The position numbers were made by a program, and so were the translations under genes. This document shows, one piece after another, positions 9,079 to 18,010 of a DNA stretch of 64,000 bases. Numbering within the stretch: the stretch's first letter is position 1; every line of letters begins with the position of its first letter. Under the pieces are notes generated by a model. It had not been told where the DNA came from, did no database searches, and saw only the letters and a list, made by a program, of their open reading frames with translations. Source of the stretch: Polyangia bacterium (GTDB lineage Bacteria; Myxococcota_A; Polyangia; Fen-1088); contig DATAVR010000139.1 of the NCBI GenBank assembly GCA_036267635.1, positions 211-64,210 of the forward strand, read 5' to 3'.

Positions 9079-10240
9079 GGGCCCCTCCCTTCGCCGACGC
9101 TGCTGCGGCTTTGGCTCCCGCCGCGACGCCGATCGGGGTCCCGAAGCGGATCACGTTCTTGATGCCGCCGTGGTCCGGCGACAGGACGTCGGTGATCTGT
9201 TCGGGCGGAAAGTGCCCCGTGATGAGCTCCCGCACCGGCCCCGGCCAGCGCGCGTTGAACTTCCCCAGATCGCGGATCGACGCCTCGAACGCGGGCGGTC
9301 CGGCGTTGACCGTCCCGTAAAGGAGCTGATTCGCCAGCACCAGATTGCGCATGATTCGCTCGGCGTCGAGGCTGACGGGCGTCTTGTGGCCCGGAACGCC
9401 CGTGAAGATGAAGACGCCGTTCTTGCCGATCGCGGGGAGGGCGGCGAAGGCCAGGGCCGCCGAGCCGGTCGCCTCATAGATGAGATCGACGTTCTTGATC
9501 TGCTTGCCGAGGTCGCCGACAGGAAGCTTGCCGGACTCGATGTAGCGAGCCCCGATCTTTTCGACCCAGGCAGCGCGCGGGCTGCTGGCGCTCTCGCGCG
9601 AATAGATCCAGGTGTCGAAGCCCCGCACGAGGAGCGCGAGCGCGCCGAGGAGGCCGACCGGCCCGGCGCCGAGCACCACGGCGTTCAGCCCCCGCTTCTC
9701 CTCCCTGGCCGGGTTGACCCAGGGCATGCGAACCAGGACGGACTCGAGCTCGATGAGCGCCTTCTCCGCGATGGTGAGCGGCTCCGTGAGGACCGCGATG
9801 TCGGCGATCTCCCGCGGCACGACGTGCATGTTGTCCGCCAGATCGACCACCTCGTCCGTCATGAAGCCGTGCCGGCGCATGATGCCGCGCTCAGTGTAAG
9901 CGCCGGTCACGCAGAAGTCCGGCCGGTTGTGGTGGCAGGGGCGGCACTCGGGATCGCCGCAGGGGCGGCGCACCGTCGTGACCACCAGATCGCCGGGCTT
10001 GAGGTTCGACACCGCGCTGCCGACCTCGACCACCTCGCCGAGTGACTCGTGGCCCATCACCAGGTACGGCTCGCCGGGAGGCGGGGAACCGTACTCGAAG
10101 CGCGCGATCTCGTGGTCAGTCCCGCAGACGCCGACCTCCAGCATGCGGACCCGCGCCTGCGCGTCCCCCTCGAGTTGGGGGGAAGGGCGATCGACCAGCC
10201 GAATCTTCTTCTCGGTCGGGAACATGGCAATTGCACGCAT
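9071..10240 (-). CDS. Zn-dependent medium-chain dehydrogenase (glucose-dehydrogenase-like)
   Basis: Motifs VGVCGTDHE and GHESLGEVVEVG (Zn site) and VLGAGPVGLL (NAD). ATG 10240 with GAGG upstream. 8-nt overlap with the downstream GMC gene. Confidence 0.85.
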   Translation of the reverse strand: MRAIAMFPTEKKIRLVDRPSPQLEGDAQARVRMLEVGVCGTDHEIARFEYGSPPPGEPYLVMGHESLGEVVEVGSAVSNLKPGDLVVTTVRRPCGDPECRPCHHNRPDFCVTGAYTERGIMRRHGFMTDEVVDLADNMHVVPREIADIAVLTEPLTIAEKALIELESVLVRMPWVNPAREEKRGLNAVVLGAGPVGLLGALALLVRGFDTWIYSRESASSPRAAWVEKIGARYIESGKLPVGDLGKQIKNVDLIYEATGSAALAFAALPAIGKNGVFIFTGVPGHKTPVSLDAERIMRNLVLANQLLYGTVNAGPPAFEASIRDLGKFNARWPGPVRELITGHFPPEQITDVLSPDHGGIKNVIRFGTPIGVAAGAKAAAASAKGGARV

Positions 10241-10296
10241 TGGTGAACCTCGTTGCAAATGTAGTTGCAGACTTCGAGTTGGGAATCGGAACCTCG

Positions 10297-12312
10297 TCAG
10301 GCGGGATGAGGCTTGAGACTTCGCCCGGCGACGACCGGGCCTGCCACCCGCTCTTCGCGCTTGTGAAAGGTCGTCTCCTCGTGCGCCGCCAGCGCCACCA
10401 AAAAGCGCCCGTCGACGAGCGCCGGGACCCGCTGGATCGCCTCGCCGAGAGACTCGAGTCCCGCGAAGAACGGCAGATCGTTCGCCTGCAGGTTGCGCTT
10501 GAGCCAATCGAAGGGATCGCGCGCCTCGATCCAGTCCATCTCCTTCTTGTCGGCGAACAGCGCCTGCACCGGATCGGAGGTGGCGCTCACCGTCCGGACC
10601 GGATGGCCGTGGGCGAAGCGGGGAGCGAGCTGCGCCGCGAGCTCGAGGCTCTGTCGCCCGGGGCGCACCAGGTTGTTCGGGTGGGCAATGATGAGGACCC
10701 GTTCGAAGTGAGCGACGTCGCCGTGGGCGATGAGCGTCGGCACGGGCGACCGCGCCAGCGCTTCGGACTGCTCACTGTCCGGCTGGATCCGGTCGCGGGC
10801 GTGCCATTCGTTGATGAGCAGGGTGGCCTTTTCACCAAGGATCGTCTCCAGCAGACCTTCGGGGACCGTCTCGGCGACGCGAAACAGCGTGCGCGATTCG
10901 AGCCCTTCCTTGGCCAGCCACCCCTCGGCCTCGGTCGTCAGGCCGCGCTGCGCCGCCTGCTCAGCCGGGGACGATTCCGTCCTCGCGAAGCTCGCCGCCA
11001 GGACGATGCCCCCGTCGCTCGTCGCCAGCTTCCCCGCCAGGTCGAGCGCAGGTCGGGTCGAATCGCCCCAGATCGGAACCAGGACGATCTTTCCGAGCGT
11101 CGCCGCCTCCTCGGTCACGGCGGTCACCCGCTTGCCGAAGTGGCTCACCAGCGCCGGCGTCACCACCAGCGACGCCAGGATGACGACCAACACCGCGTTG
11201 ATCGTCTGCTTGTCGAACAGGCCCAGCTTCGCGCCGACCAGCGTGGTCGCCAGCGTCGCCGCCGCTTGCGAGCCGGAGAGACCGGACATGACGCCGATCT
11301 CCGGCCAGGTGAAGTGGAAGGTCCGCCCGGCGATGATTGCGGCCAAGGCCTTGCCGCCGAGGACGGCCACCGTGAAGATGAGGGCGAGCCCCAGCGTCTT
11401 CGGATCGACCATCACCTTGGGCTCGAGGAGGATGCCGACCGAGACCAGGAAGATGGGGATGAAGAGCGTCGAGCCTATGAACTGCAACCGGTCCATGAGC
11501 GGGCTCTCCTCGGGGACGGCGCGGTTGAGCCCGAGGCCGGCGAAGAAAGCGCCCACGATGCCGTCGATCCCGGCGGCCTCCGCCATCACCGCGCCGACCA
11601 GAAACGCCGCGATGCCGAAGATGAAGCGGTACGAGCGATCGGTCCCCACGTGGGCGAAGAACCAGCGCGCCACGCGGGGTAAGGCGACCAACGACCAGAC
11701 GCCCAGCACCGCGAGCCCGACGGCGATCCCCAGCAGCTGCAGGCTCAAGGCGCCGCCCGGTTTGACCGTCCCCGAGATCACCGACAGCACGAGCAGCGCC
11801 GAGGTGTCGGTGACCGCGGTGGCCCCCACGACCGTCGCCACCGCGCGGTTGCGCGCCAGGCCCATCTGCCGGAGCAGCGGATAGGTGACCAGCGTGTGCG
11901 AGCCCCAGTTCGACCCCATCAGCACCGCCGCCGCCCAGTGGTAATGGAGCAGCCGCGCGCTGACGATCCCCAGCGTGAACGGGATGGCGAACGACAGCAG
12001 CGCGAAGGTGACGGCGGCCCGCTTCATCTTCATGAACAGCTTGAGGTCGAGCTCCAACCCGGCGCTGAACATCAGATAGAGCAGGCCGAACTCGCCGATC
12101 GACGACAGCGCGATCTCCTTCGAGGCGAGGGCGCGCGTGCCGTGCGGCCCCAGCGCCATTCCCGCCAGGACCAGCCCGACCATCGCGGGCAGCCGAAGAG
12201 CTTCCGCGATCTTGGGCGCCAGGATCAACGCCAGAATGAGGATCGCGTAGGCGAGGGTCGGCCCGGACGTGATCCGATGCAGGATGTCTCCGAGAACGTC
12301 GAGCGGGTGCAT
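10297..12312 (-). CDS. Cation:proton antiporter (CPA2-type) with large C-terminal cytoplasmic (USP-like) region
   Basis: N-terminal about 400 aa are polytopic (LPAMVGLVLAGMALGP, FSAGLELD). The C-terminal about 270 aa are soluble. Start placed at ATG 12312 (MHPLDVLGDI). Confidence 0.85.
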   Translation of the reverse strand: MHPLDVLGDILHRITSGPTLAYAILILALILAPKIAEALRLPAMVGLVLAGMALGPHGTRALASKEIALSSIGEFGLLYLMFSAGLELDLKLFMKMKRAAVTFALLSFAIPFTLGIVSARLLHYHWAAAVLMGSNWGSHTLVTYPLLRQMGLARNRAVATVVGATAVTDTSALLVLSVISGTVKPGGALSLQLLGIAVGLAVLGVWSLVALPRVARWFFAHVGTDRSYRFIFGIAAFLVGAVMAEAAGIDGIVGAFFAGLGLNRAVPEESPLMDRLQFIGSTLFIPIFLVSVGILLEPKVMVDPKTLGLALIFTVAVLGGKALAAIIAGRTFHFTWPEIGVMSGLSGSQAAATLATTLVGAKLGLFDKQTINAVLVVILASLVVTPALVSHFGKRVTAVTEEAATLGKIVLVPIWGDSTRPALDLAGKLATSDGGIVLAASFARTESSPAEQAAQRGLTTEAEGWLAKEGLESRTLFRVAETVPEGLLETILGEKATLLINEWHARDRIQPDSEQSEALARSPVPTLIAHGDVAHFERVLIIAHPNNLVRPGRQSLELAAQLAPRFAHGHPVRTVSATSDPVQALFADKKEMDWIEARDPFDWLKRNLQANDLPFFAGLESLGEAIQRVPALVDGRFLVALAAHEETTFHKREERVAGPVVAGRSLKPHPA

Positions 12313-12514
12313 GGCGGATCTCCGAGGCGCTGGGGTTGGCGACCTGGAGTTTGAGACTGGCCCGCCGATCCGCCATTCGAGCGATCGCAAATCAGTCTTC
12401 GCCGCACCTGCCGTGAGCGCGTCGATCTACGCCCCGGCCGCAATTGCCACCCGTCGATCGCTGGCCATGTTGCAGGCCGAGGGCCGCGGCGACGTGGTCA
12501 GGGGAGAGACTTCC

Positions 12515-13942
12515 ATGCAAGCAGGCGCGGCCGACGTTTTACTGGGAGCGAGCAACTTGCTCGCGGCGCGAAGCCAGATGGCCTTCACGCTGGGGTTCCA
12601 CATCCTGCTGGTCCCGTTCGGCGTCTGCCTGCCGCTCTTCACGCTGATCGCCAACGCCTACGGCCTGCGCCACGACGACCAGGCGGCGCTGCGGCTGGCG
12701 CGCCGCTGGTCGTACGCGATGGGCGTGACCTTCGCTGTCGGCGCGGTGACCGGCACCGTGCTCTCGTTCGAGCTCGGGATCCTCTGGCCCGGCCTGCTCG
12801 GCCGCTTCGGCGACGTCTTCGGGCTCCCCTTCGCCATCGAGGGGCTCGCCTTCTTTCTCGAGGCGATCTTCGTCGCCATCTACATCTTCGGTTGGAATCG
12901 CCTCACCCCGCGCCTGCACCTCTGGCTGGGCGCTCCCTTGCCGTTCTTCGCGGCGCTGGGCGCCTTTTCCGTCATCGCCGCCAACTCGTGGATGAACACG
13001 CCGCGTGGCTTCCAGGTCGACGCCTCCGGAAGGCCGTTCGCCATCGATCCCTGGGCCGCCATCTTCAACCCGGCGTTGCCGCACGAGCTGGCTCACTTTC
13101 TGCTCGCCGCGTTGCTCTGCGCCGGCTTCGTGCTGGCTTCGATCTACGCGGTCGGAATGCTGAAGGGGCGCCGCGATCGCCTGCACCGGCTCGGATTCAT
13201 CATCCCTTTTACCGTCGCCGCCATCGCCACGCCGATGCAGATGATGGTGGGTGACCGCGCGGTCCGCGAGGTGGTGAAGCTGCAACCGGTGAAGTTCGCC
13301 GCGATGGAGCTGCTCGCCGAGACGGCCACCCATGTCCCCGAGCGCCTCGGCGGGCACATGAAGGACGGCGTTCCGACCGGTGGCCTGAAAGTGCCGGACA
13401 TGGCCTCGTTCCTGACCGGCTTTCACGCCGACACCAAGATCGTCGGCCTCGCCGCCGTCGGCCCGGGCGATCGCCCGCCCGCGACCATCGTCCACTGGGC
13501 GTTCGACCTGATGATCTTCTCCGCCAGCGGGCTGGCGCTGCTCTCGGTCTGGTTCCTCTTCGTCTGGTGGCGGCGGCGCGATCTCCCGGTCACGCCCTGG
13601 TTTCTCCGCGCCTGTGCCGGCGCGGGCGCGCTGTCGCTGGTAGCGATGGAGGCTGGCTGGATCACCACCGAGGTGGGGCGTCAGCCCTGGGTGGTCTACG
13701 GCTTCCTGCACACCGCCCAGGCGGTCACCCACGCCCGCGGGATCTGGGGATCGTTCGCCATCGTGGTCGGGATCTACGCGGCGGTCGGCATCGGCCTCCT
13801 GCTCGTCTTGCGCGCCATGTCCCGCCGCTGGCGCTCAGGCGAAGGCGACGCGCTCCCCGGGCCGTATGCCCCGCGCGGTCCCATCATCGTTCCGGCGGCC
13901 TCGCCCGCGGCGGCGGCGGCGGCCGCAGGGAGGACGGCATGA
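12515..13942 (+). CDS. cydA: Cytochrome bd ubiquinol oxidase subunit I
   Basis: Motifs ARSQMAFTLGFHILLVPFG, NSWMNTP and GWITTEVGRQPWVV are hallmark CydA motifs. Start ATG 12515 after GGGGAG (alternative ATG 12467). Confidence 0.9.
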   Translation: MQAGAADVLLGASNLLAARSQMAFTLGFHILLVPFGVCLPLFTLIANAYGLRHDDQAALRLARRWSYAMGVTFAVGAVTGTVLSFELGILWPGLLGRFGDVFGLPFAIEGLAFFLEAIFVAIYIFGWNRLTPRLHLWLGAPLPFFAALGAFSVIAANSWMNTPRGFQVDASGRPFAIDPWAAIFNPALPHELAHFLLAALLCAGFVLASIYAVGMLKGRRDRLHRLGFIIPFTVAAIATPMQMMVGDRAVREVVKLQPVKFAAMELLAETATHVPERLGGHMKDGVPTGGLKVPDMASFLTGFHADTKIVGLAAVGPGDRPPATIVHWAFDLMIFSASGLALLSVWFLFVWWRRRDLPVTPWFLRACAGAGALSLVAMEAGWITTEVGRQPWVVYGFLHTAQAVTHARGIWGSFAIVVGIYAAVGIGLLLVLRAMSRRWRSGEGDALPGPYAPRGPIIVPAASPAAAAAAAGRTA

Positions 13943-16251
13943 GCACCGTGGTCGCCTTGATCCTCTGGTTCGCCGTCACCTGCTACGCGATCTTCGGCGG
14001 CGCCGACTATGGTGCCGGCTTCTGGGATCTGACCGCCGGCGGCGCGCGCCGCGGGGCCCGGGCGCGGGCGCTCATCGATCACGCGATGGCGCCGGTCTGG
14101 GAGGCCAACAACGTCTGGCTGATCTTCGCGCTGGTGGTGCTCTGGACGGCCTTCCCACGGGCGTTCGCCGCGATCACGTCGACGCTGTATCTGCCGCTGG
14201 CTCTGGCGGCCGCCGGCATCGTGCTGCGCGGGTCGGGGTTCGTGTTCCGCGACGCGACGCGGGCACTGACCGGACGCCGCCTGTTCGGAGCCGTCTTCGC
14301 GCTGTCGTCGGTGGTGACCCCCTTCTTCCTGGGCGCCAGCTTCGGCGCGATCGCCTCGGGGCGCGTGCGGGCCGGCGACCTGGCGGAGGATGCGACCTCG
14401 CGCTGGCTCGGACCGACGTCGATCCTGGTCGGCGTCCTCGCCGTCGCCAGCGCGGCTTTTCTGGCGGCGGTTTTTCTGGTCTTCGACGCCGGGCGGGTCG
14501 ACGAGACGCTCGACCGTCACTTCCGGTGGCGAGCCATCGGCAGCGGCGTGGCGACCGGGCTCATCGCCATCGCGGGGCTGTTCGTGGTTCGCGGCGACGC
14601 GCCGTTTCTGTTTCACGGGTTGGTGCACGAAGGGCTCCCCTTCGTGCTGCTCTCCGGGGCCTGCGGCGGCGCGGTCGTGGTCCTGCTCGCCCAGGACATC
14701 ACCCGGGGCACACGGGCGCTGGCGGTCATCGCGGTGGTGACCATGCTCGCCGGGTGGGGCGTCGCGCAGCACCCGTACTTGCTGCCGACCTCGCTGACGT
14801 TCGAGGCGGCCGCCGGCGCGCCGCGCTCGCTCGGCTGGCTGGTCGTCGTGTTCCTCATCGCCTGCGTCACCGCCGTGCCGGCGCTGGCGCTGCTGTTCGT
14901 TCTCGACCAGCGCAGCAAGCTGCAGCACGGTTCGGTTGTCGCGGGGGAGCATCCCGAGAGCCGCCACCGGGTGGTTGTCGTGGGCGGCGGCTTCGGCGGG
15001 CTGTTCGCGACCCGCGCGCTCGGCTGGTCGCCGGTCGACGTCACGCTCGTCGATCGCGAGCCTCATCATCTGTTCCAGCCGCTGCTCTACCAGGTCGCGA
15101 CCGGGATCCTCTCCGAGGGGGAGATCGCGCCTTCGCTCCGGCACATCCTGCGTTTTCAAGAGAACGCCGCCGTGCTGCTGGCCGAGGTGACCGGCTTCGA
15201 TCTCGAGCGCCACGAGGTGCAGGCCCGCCGTCCCGACGGCGCGTCGATCACCCTCCCCTACGACAGCTTGGTCGTATCGGCGGGTGCCGGCATGTCCTAC
15301 TTCGGCCACGACGAGCTGGCCGAGCACGCGCCGGGGATGAAGACGCTCGACGACGCTCTCCGCCTGCGGCGGCGCCTGCTGCAAGCGCTGGAGATGGCCG
15401 AGCTCAGCGAAGATCCCCGGAAGCAACAGGGATGGTTGACGGTGGCGATCGTCGGTGCCGGCCCGACCGGCGTCGAGATCGCCGGCCAGGTCCGGGCGCT
15501 CGCGGTGCGCAGCCTCGGCACCAGCTTCCGGCGAATCGATCCCACGCTGGTCCGCGTGGTGCTGCTCGACGCCGGCCATGAGCCGTTGAGTCAGTTCGGC
15601 GATCACCTGTCGGAGATCGCCGCGCGCGAGCTCGGCACCCTGGGCGTCGAGCTGCGGATGGGCGTCAAGGTCACGGCGGTCGACGCCGAGTCGGTCGTGC
15701 TCGAGGGCGCGAACGGCCCGGAGCGGATCGAGGCGCGGACCGTCATCTGGGCGGCGGGCGTGCAGGCCTCGCCGCTGGCGCGCCTGCTCGCCGAGGCGTC
15801 CGGGGCGGCCTGCGATCGCGCCGGCCGGATCGAGACCCGCCCCGACTGCACCCTGCCAAAGCATCCCGAGGTCTTCGCCATCGGTGACATGGCCAGCCTC
15901 GATCGGCTGCCGGGCGTGGCCGAGGTCGCCATGCAGGAGGGGCTGCACGCCGCGCGGGCCATCCGTCAAAGGGTGGCCGGCAAGCCGGCGACGACCGCCT
16001 TCCGATACCGAGACCTCGGGAGCATGGCGTCCGTCGGGCGCTTTCGCGCGGTGGTCAGCCTCAAAGGGCTGCGGGTGGGGGGCCTCCTCGGCTGGCTGAC
16101 CTGGGCGGTCGTTCACCTCACCTTCCTGACCGGCTTCGCCAACCGCTTCGCCACGATGTTCCACTGGACCCGCACCTTCCTCGGCCGCAACCGGAGTCAG
16201 ATCGCCTTCAGCGCGCGCTTCACGCGGACGCGGCCGTCCAATCCACGCTGA
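13939..16251 (+). CDS. Fusion protein: cytochrome bd oxidase subunit II (CydB) + type II NADH:quinone oxidoreductase (NDH-2)
   Basis: ATG 13939 overlaps the cydA stop (ATGA). Residues 1 to about 330 are CydB-like (YAIFGGADYGAGFWD, WEANNVWLIF). Residues from about 344 are NDH-2 (VVVVGGGFGG, HLFQPLLYQV, VAIVGAGPTGVE, IGDMA). There is no stop codon between the halves. Confidence 0.85.
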   Translation: MSTVVALILWFAVTCYAIFGGADYGAGFWDLTAGGARRGARARALIDHAMAPVWEANNVWLIFALVVLWTAFPRAFAAITSTLYLPLALAAAGIVLRGSGFVFRDATRALTGRRLFGAVFALSSVVTPFFLGASFGAIASGRVRAGDLAEDATSRWLGPTSILVGVLAVASAAFLAAVFLVFDAGRVDETLDRHFRWRAIGSGVATGLIAIAGLFVVRGDAPFLFHGLVHEGLPFVLLSGACGGAVVVLLAQDITRGTRALAVIAVVTMLAGWGVAQHPYLLPTSLTFEAAAGAPRSLGWLVVVFLIACVTAVPALALLFVLDQRSKLQHGSVVAGEHPESRHRVVVVGGGFGGLFATRALGWSPVDVTLVDREPHHLFQPLLYQVATGILSEGEIAPSLRHILRFQENAAVLLAEVTGFDLERHEVQARRPDGASITLPYDSLVVSAGAGMSYFGHDELAEHAPGMKTLDDALRLRRRLLQALEMAELSEDPRKQQGWLTVAIVGAGPTGVEIAGQVRALAVRSLGTSFRRIDPTLVRVVLLDAGHEPLSQFGDHLSEIAARELGTLGVELRMGVKVTAVDAESVVLEGANGPERIEARTVIWAAGVQASPLARLLAEASGAACDRAGRIETRPDCTLPKHPEVFAIGDMASLDRLPGVAEVAMQEGLHAARAIRQRVAGKPATTAFRYRDLGSMASVGRFRAVVSLKGLRVGGLLGWLTWAVVHLTFLTGFANRFATMFHWTRTFLGRNRSQIAFSARFTRTRPSNPR

Positions 16252-16278
16252 CCGGGGACCGCGTTTGGGGGCGAACGC

Positions 16279-16653
16279 ATGTTGCGACGGATTGTCGAGC
16301 TGACGGCCTTGCTGTTCGAGGCCGGAGGGACCTTCGCGATGTCGATCGGCGCCCTCGTCGCGCTGGGCCTGGCGCTGCGGGACAGGGCCGGCGGGGCGCG
16401 AATGGTCTTCCGCGGCTTCCGGAACCGGCTGGGGCGCGCGATCATCCTCGGCCTCGAGCTGCTGGTCGCCGCCGACATCCTGCGCACGATCAGCACCGAG
16501 CCGACCTTGCAGCAGGTGCTGGTGCTCGGCGTCGTGGTCCTCATCCGGACCTTCTTGAGCTTCTCGCTGGAGATCGAGCTCGAGGGGCGCTGGCCCTGGC
16601 AGGGCGGCCGCCGCGAAGAGCCTGTCGCCCCTCAGCAGACCGAGGCGCGATGA
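16279..16653 (+). CDS. DUF1622 family membrane protein
   Basis: The motif GLELLVAADILRTI and the about 120-aa size match my recollection of DUF1622. Confidence 0.7.
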   Translation: MLRRIVELTALLFEAGGTFAMSIGALVALGLALRDRAGGARMVFRGFRNRLGRAIILGLELLVAADILRTISTEPTLQQVLVLGVVVLIRTFLSFSLEIELEGRWPWQGGRREEPVAPQQTEAR

Positions 16654-17057
16654 GCGACGCCGCGAGGCCGTCGACGTCGGACCGCCTCGCTCACGAGAGG
16701 ACCGACCTGGCCGGCAACCGCACCATGATGGCGGCGGATCGCACCCTGATGGCCTGGATCCGGACCGCGCTGTCGATGATCAGCTTCGGGTTCACCATCT
16801 ACAAGTTCCTGCACGCTTTCGCGGAGTCGGGGGCGATCCATCTTCGCCGTCCCAACGCCCCGCGCGATCTTGGTCTCTTCCTGACGGTGCTGGGGACGGG
16901 ATCGTTGGTGGCCGGCCTCATTCAGTACGTGCAGATGCTGCGGCAGATCCACCTCTCAGTGCTGCGAACGAGCGTCACCTTCTATGTGGCCTGCGCGGTG
17001 ATCGTCTTGGGGCTGGCGGTGCTGCTCGGAATCGTGGCCAAGGCCGGACCCTTCTGA
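16650..17057 (+). CDS. DUF202 (YidH-like) membrane protein
   Basis: The LAHERTDLAGNRT...DRTLMAWIRTAL pattern plus 3 TM segments. ATGA overlap with the preceding gene. Confidence 0.75.
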   Translation: MSDAARPSTSDRLAHERTDLAGNRTMMAADRTLMAWIRTALSMISFGFTIYKFLHAFAESGAIHLRRPNAPRDLGLFLTVLGTGSLVAGLIQYVQMLRQIHLSVLRTSVTFYVACAVIVLGLAVLLGIVAKAGPF

Positions 17058-17081
17058 TCCATGCTCGACCAGACCGTCAAG

Positions 17082-17789
17082 CTAGGCCGTCCGGAAGCTG
17101 CGGCGCTCGTGGCGCAGGGACCAGAGCCAGGAACCGAAGGCGCCCCCGCCGATTCCGAGCGCGAAGGCCACCAACAGCAGCTGCCAGCCGAGGCTGTCGC
17201 GCACCCCCTTCGAGAACGTGGCGGCGGTGGTTCGGGTGGTCTCCTGCAGGCGTTGTTCGAGGCAGGCGGCGCGGTTCGGCCCCGTGCACTCGGGCACCAG
17301 CGCGGCCAGCTGGTTTCCCACCCCGCCGACGACACCTCCCACCATGCCCCCAGCGACCGACGCGGACACCCGCTCGCCAGTCCGAGAGAGACTGACCGCC
17401 AGCGGACCCGATCCGTCGGCGCCCAGCTCGGTGACCAGCTGGTCGCTGGCGTCTCCGACGGCGGTCCTGGTCATCGCGGCGACCGTCTCCGAGACCATGC
17501 GCTGCATTCGTGCCTGCTGCTCCGGATCTTCGAGCGCCGCCGTCGCCCCGGCGGCGGCCTTTTCGACCAGGCGTTGAATCCGCGCTTGCTGCTCCGGCGT
17601 ATCGAAGGCGGCCATCGCCCCGGCGACGGCGTTCTCCGCCGCGACGCTGGCCGGCGGCGCCCCTTTGGCGGATTGTTGCCTCATCTCGGCCATGGCGCCC
17701 GCGGCGGCGTTCTTCCCGATGCGCGCAGCGCAGGCGAGCGGGAGAGTCGCCAGCAACGCCAGGATCATGAGGCTCCGCGGGGCGCGCAC
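17082..17789 (-). CDS. Lipoprotein with C-terminal transmembrane anchor (paralog of 5611..6357)
   Basis: GTG 17789 gives MRAPRSLMILALLATLPLAC (lipobox); alternative ATG 17768. Shares DTPEQQARIQRLV, GSGPLAVSL, PECTGPNRAAC and GWQLLLVAFALG with the 5.6 kb gene. Confidence 0.65.
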   Translation of the reverse strand: MRAPRSLMILALLATLPLACAARIGKNAAAGAMAEMRQQSAKGAPPASVAAENAVAGAMAAFDTPEQQARIQRLVEKAAAGATAALEDPEQQARMQRMVSETVAAMTRTAVGDASDQLVTELGADGSGPLAVSLSRTGERVSASVAGGMVGGVVGGVGNQLAALVPECTGPNRAACLEQRLQETTRTTAATFSKGVRDSLGWQLLLVAFALGIGGGAFGSWLWSLRHERRSFRTA

Positions 17790-18010
17790 GGAGACCGACC
17801 GTCCCGTCACGCCGATCTCCTCGCTGCTGATTGTCGGAGGCGCATCATGAACGACAAGCTGCGTTCCCAGATCGGGGAACGCCATCGGGGAACTGCCTAT
17901 TCACCGGTGCGCCGCCAATGACGCGAGCTATTTGTGTGCGGGGTTTTCGTATTCGATCCCGGCCTCGGTCCGCGCGGTCCCAGATTCGGGTTCAGGGAGG
18001 TACGAACACC

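Noticed and set aside
13774-16164. 796-aa minus-strand ORF antisense to the CydB-NDH-2 gene
   Set aside because: Shadow ORF with low-complexity Arg/Gly/Asp content. The + strand has unambiguous CydB and NDH-2 motifs.
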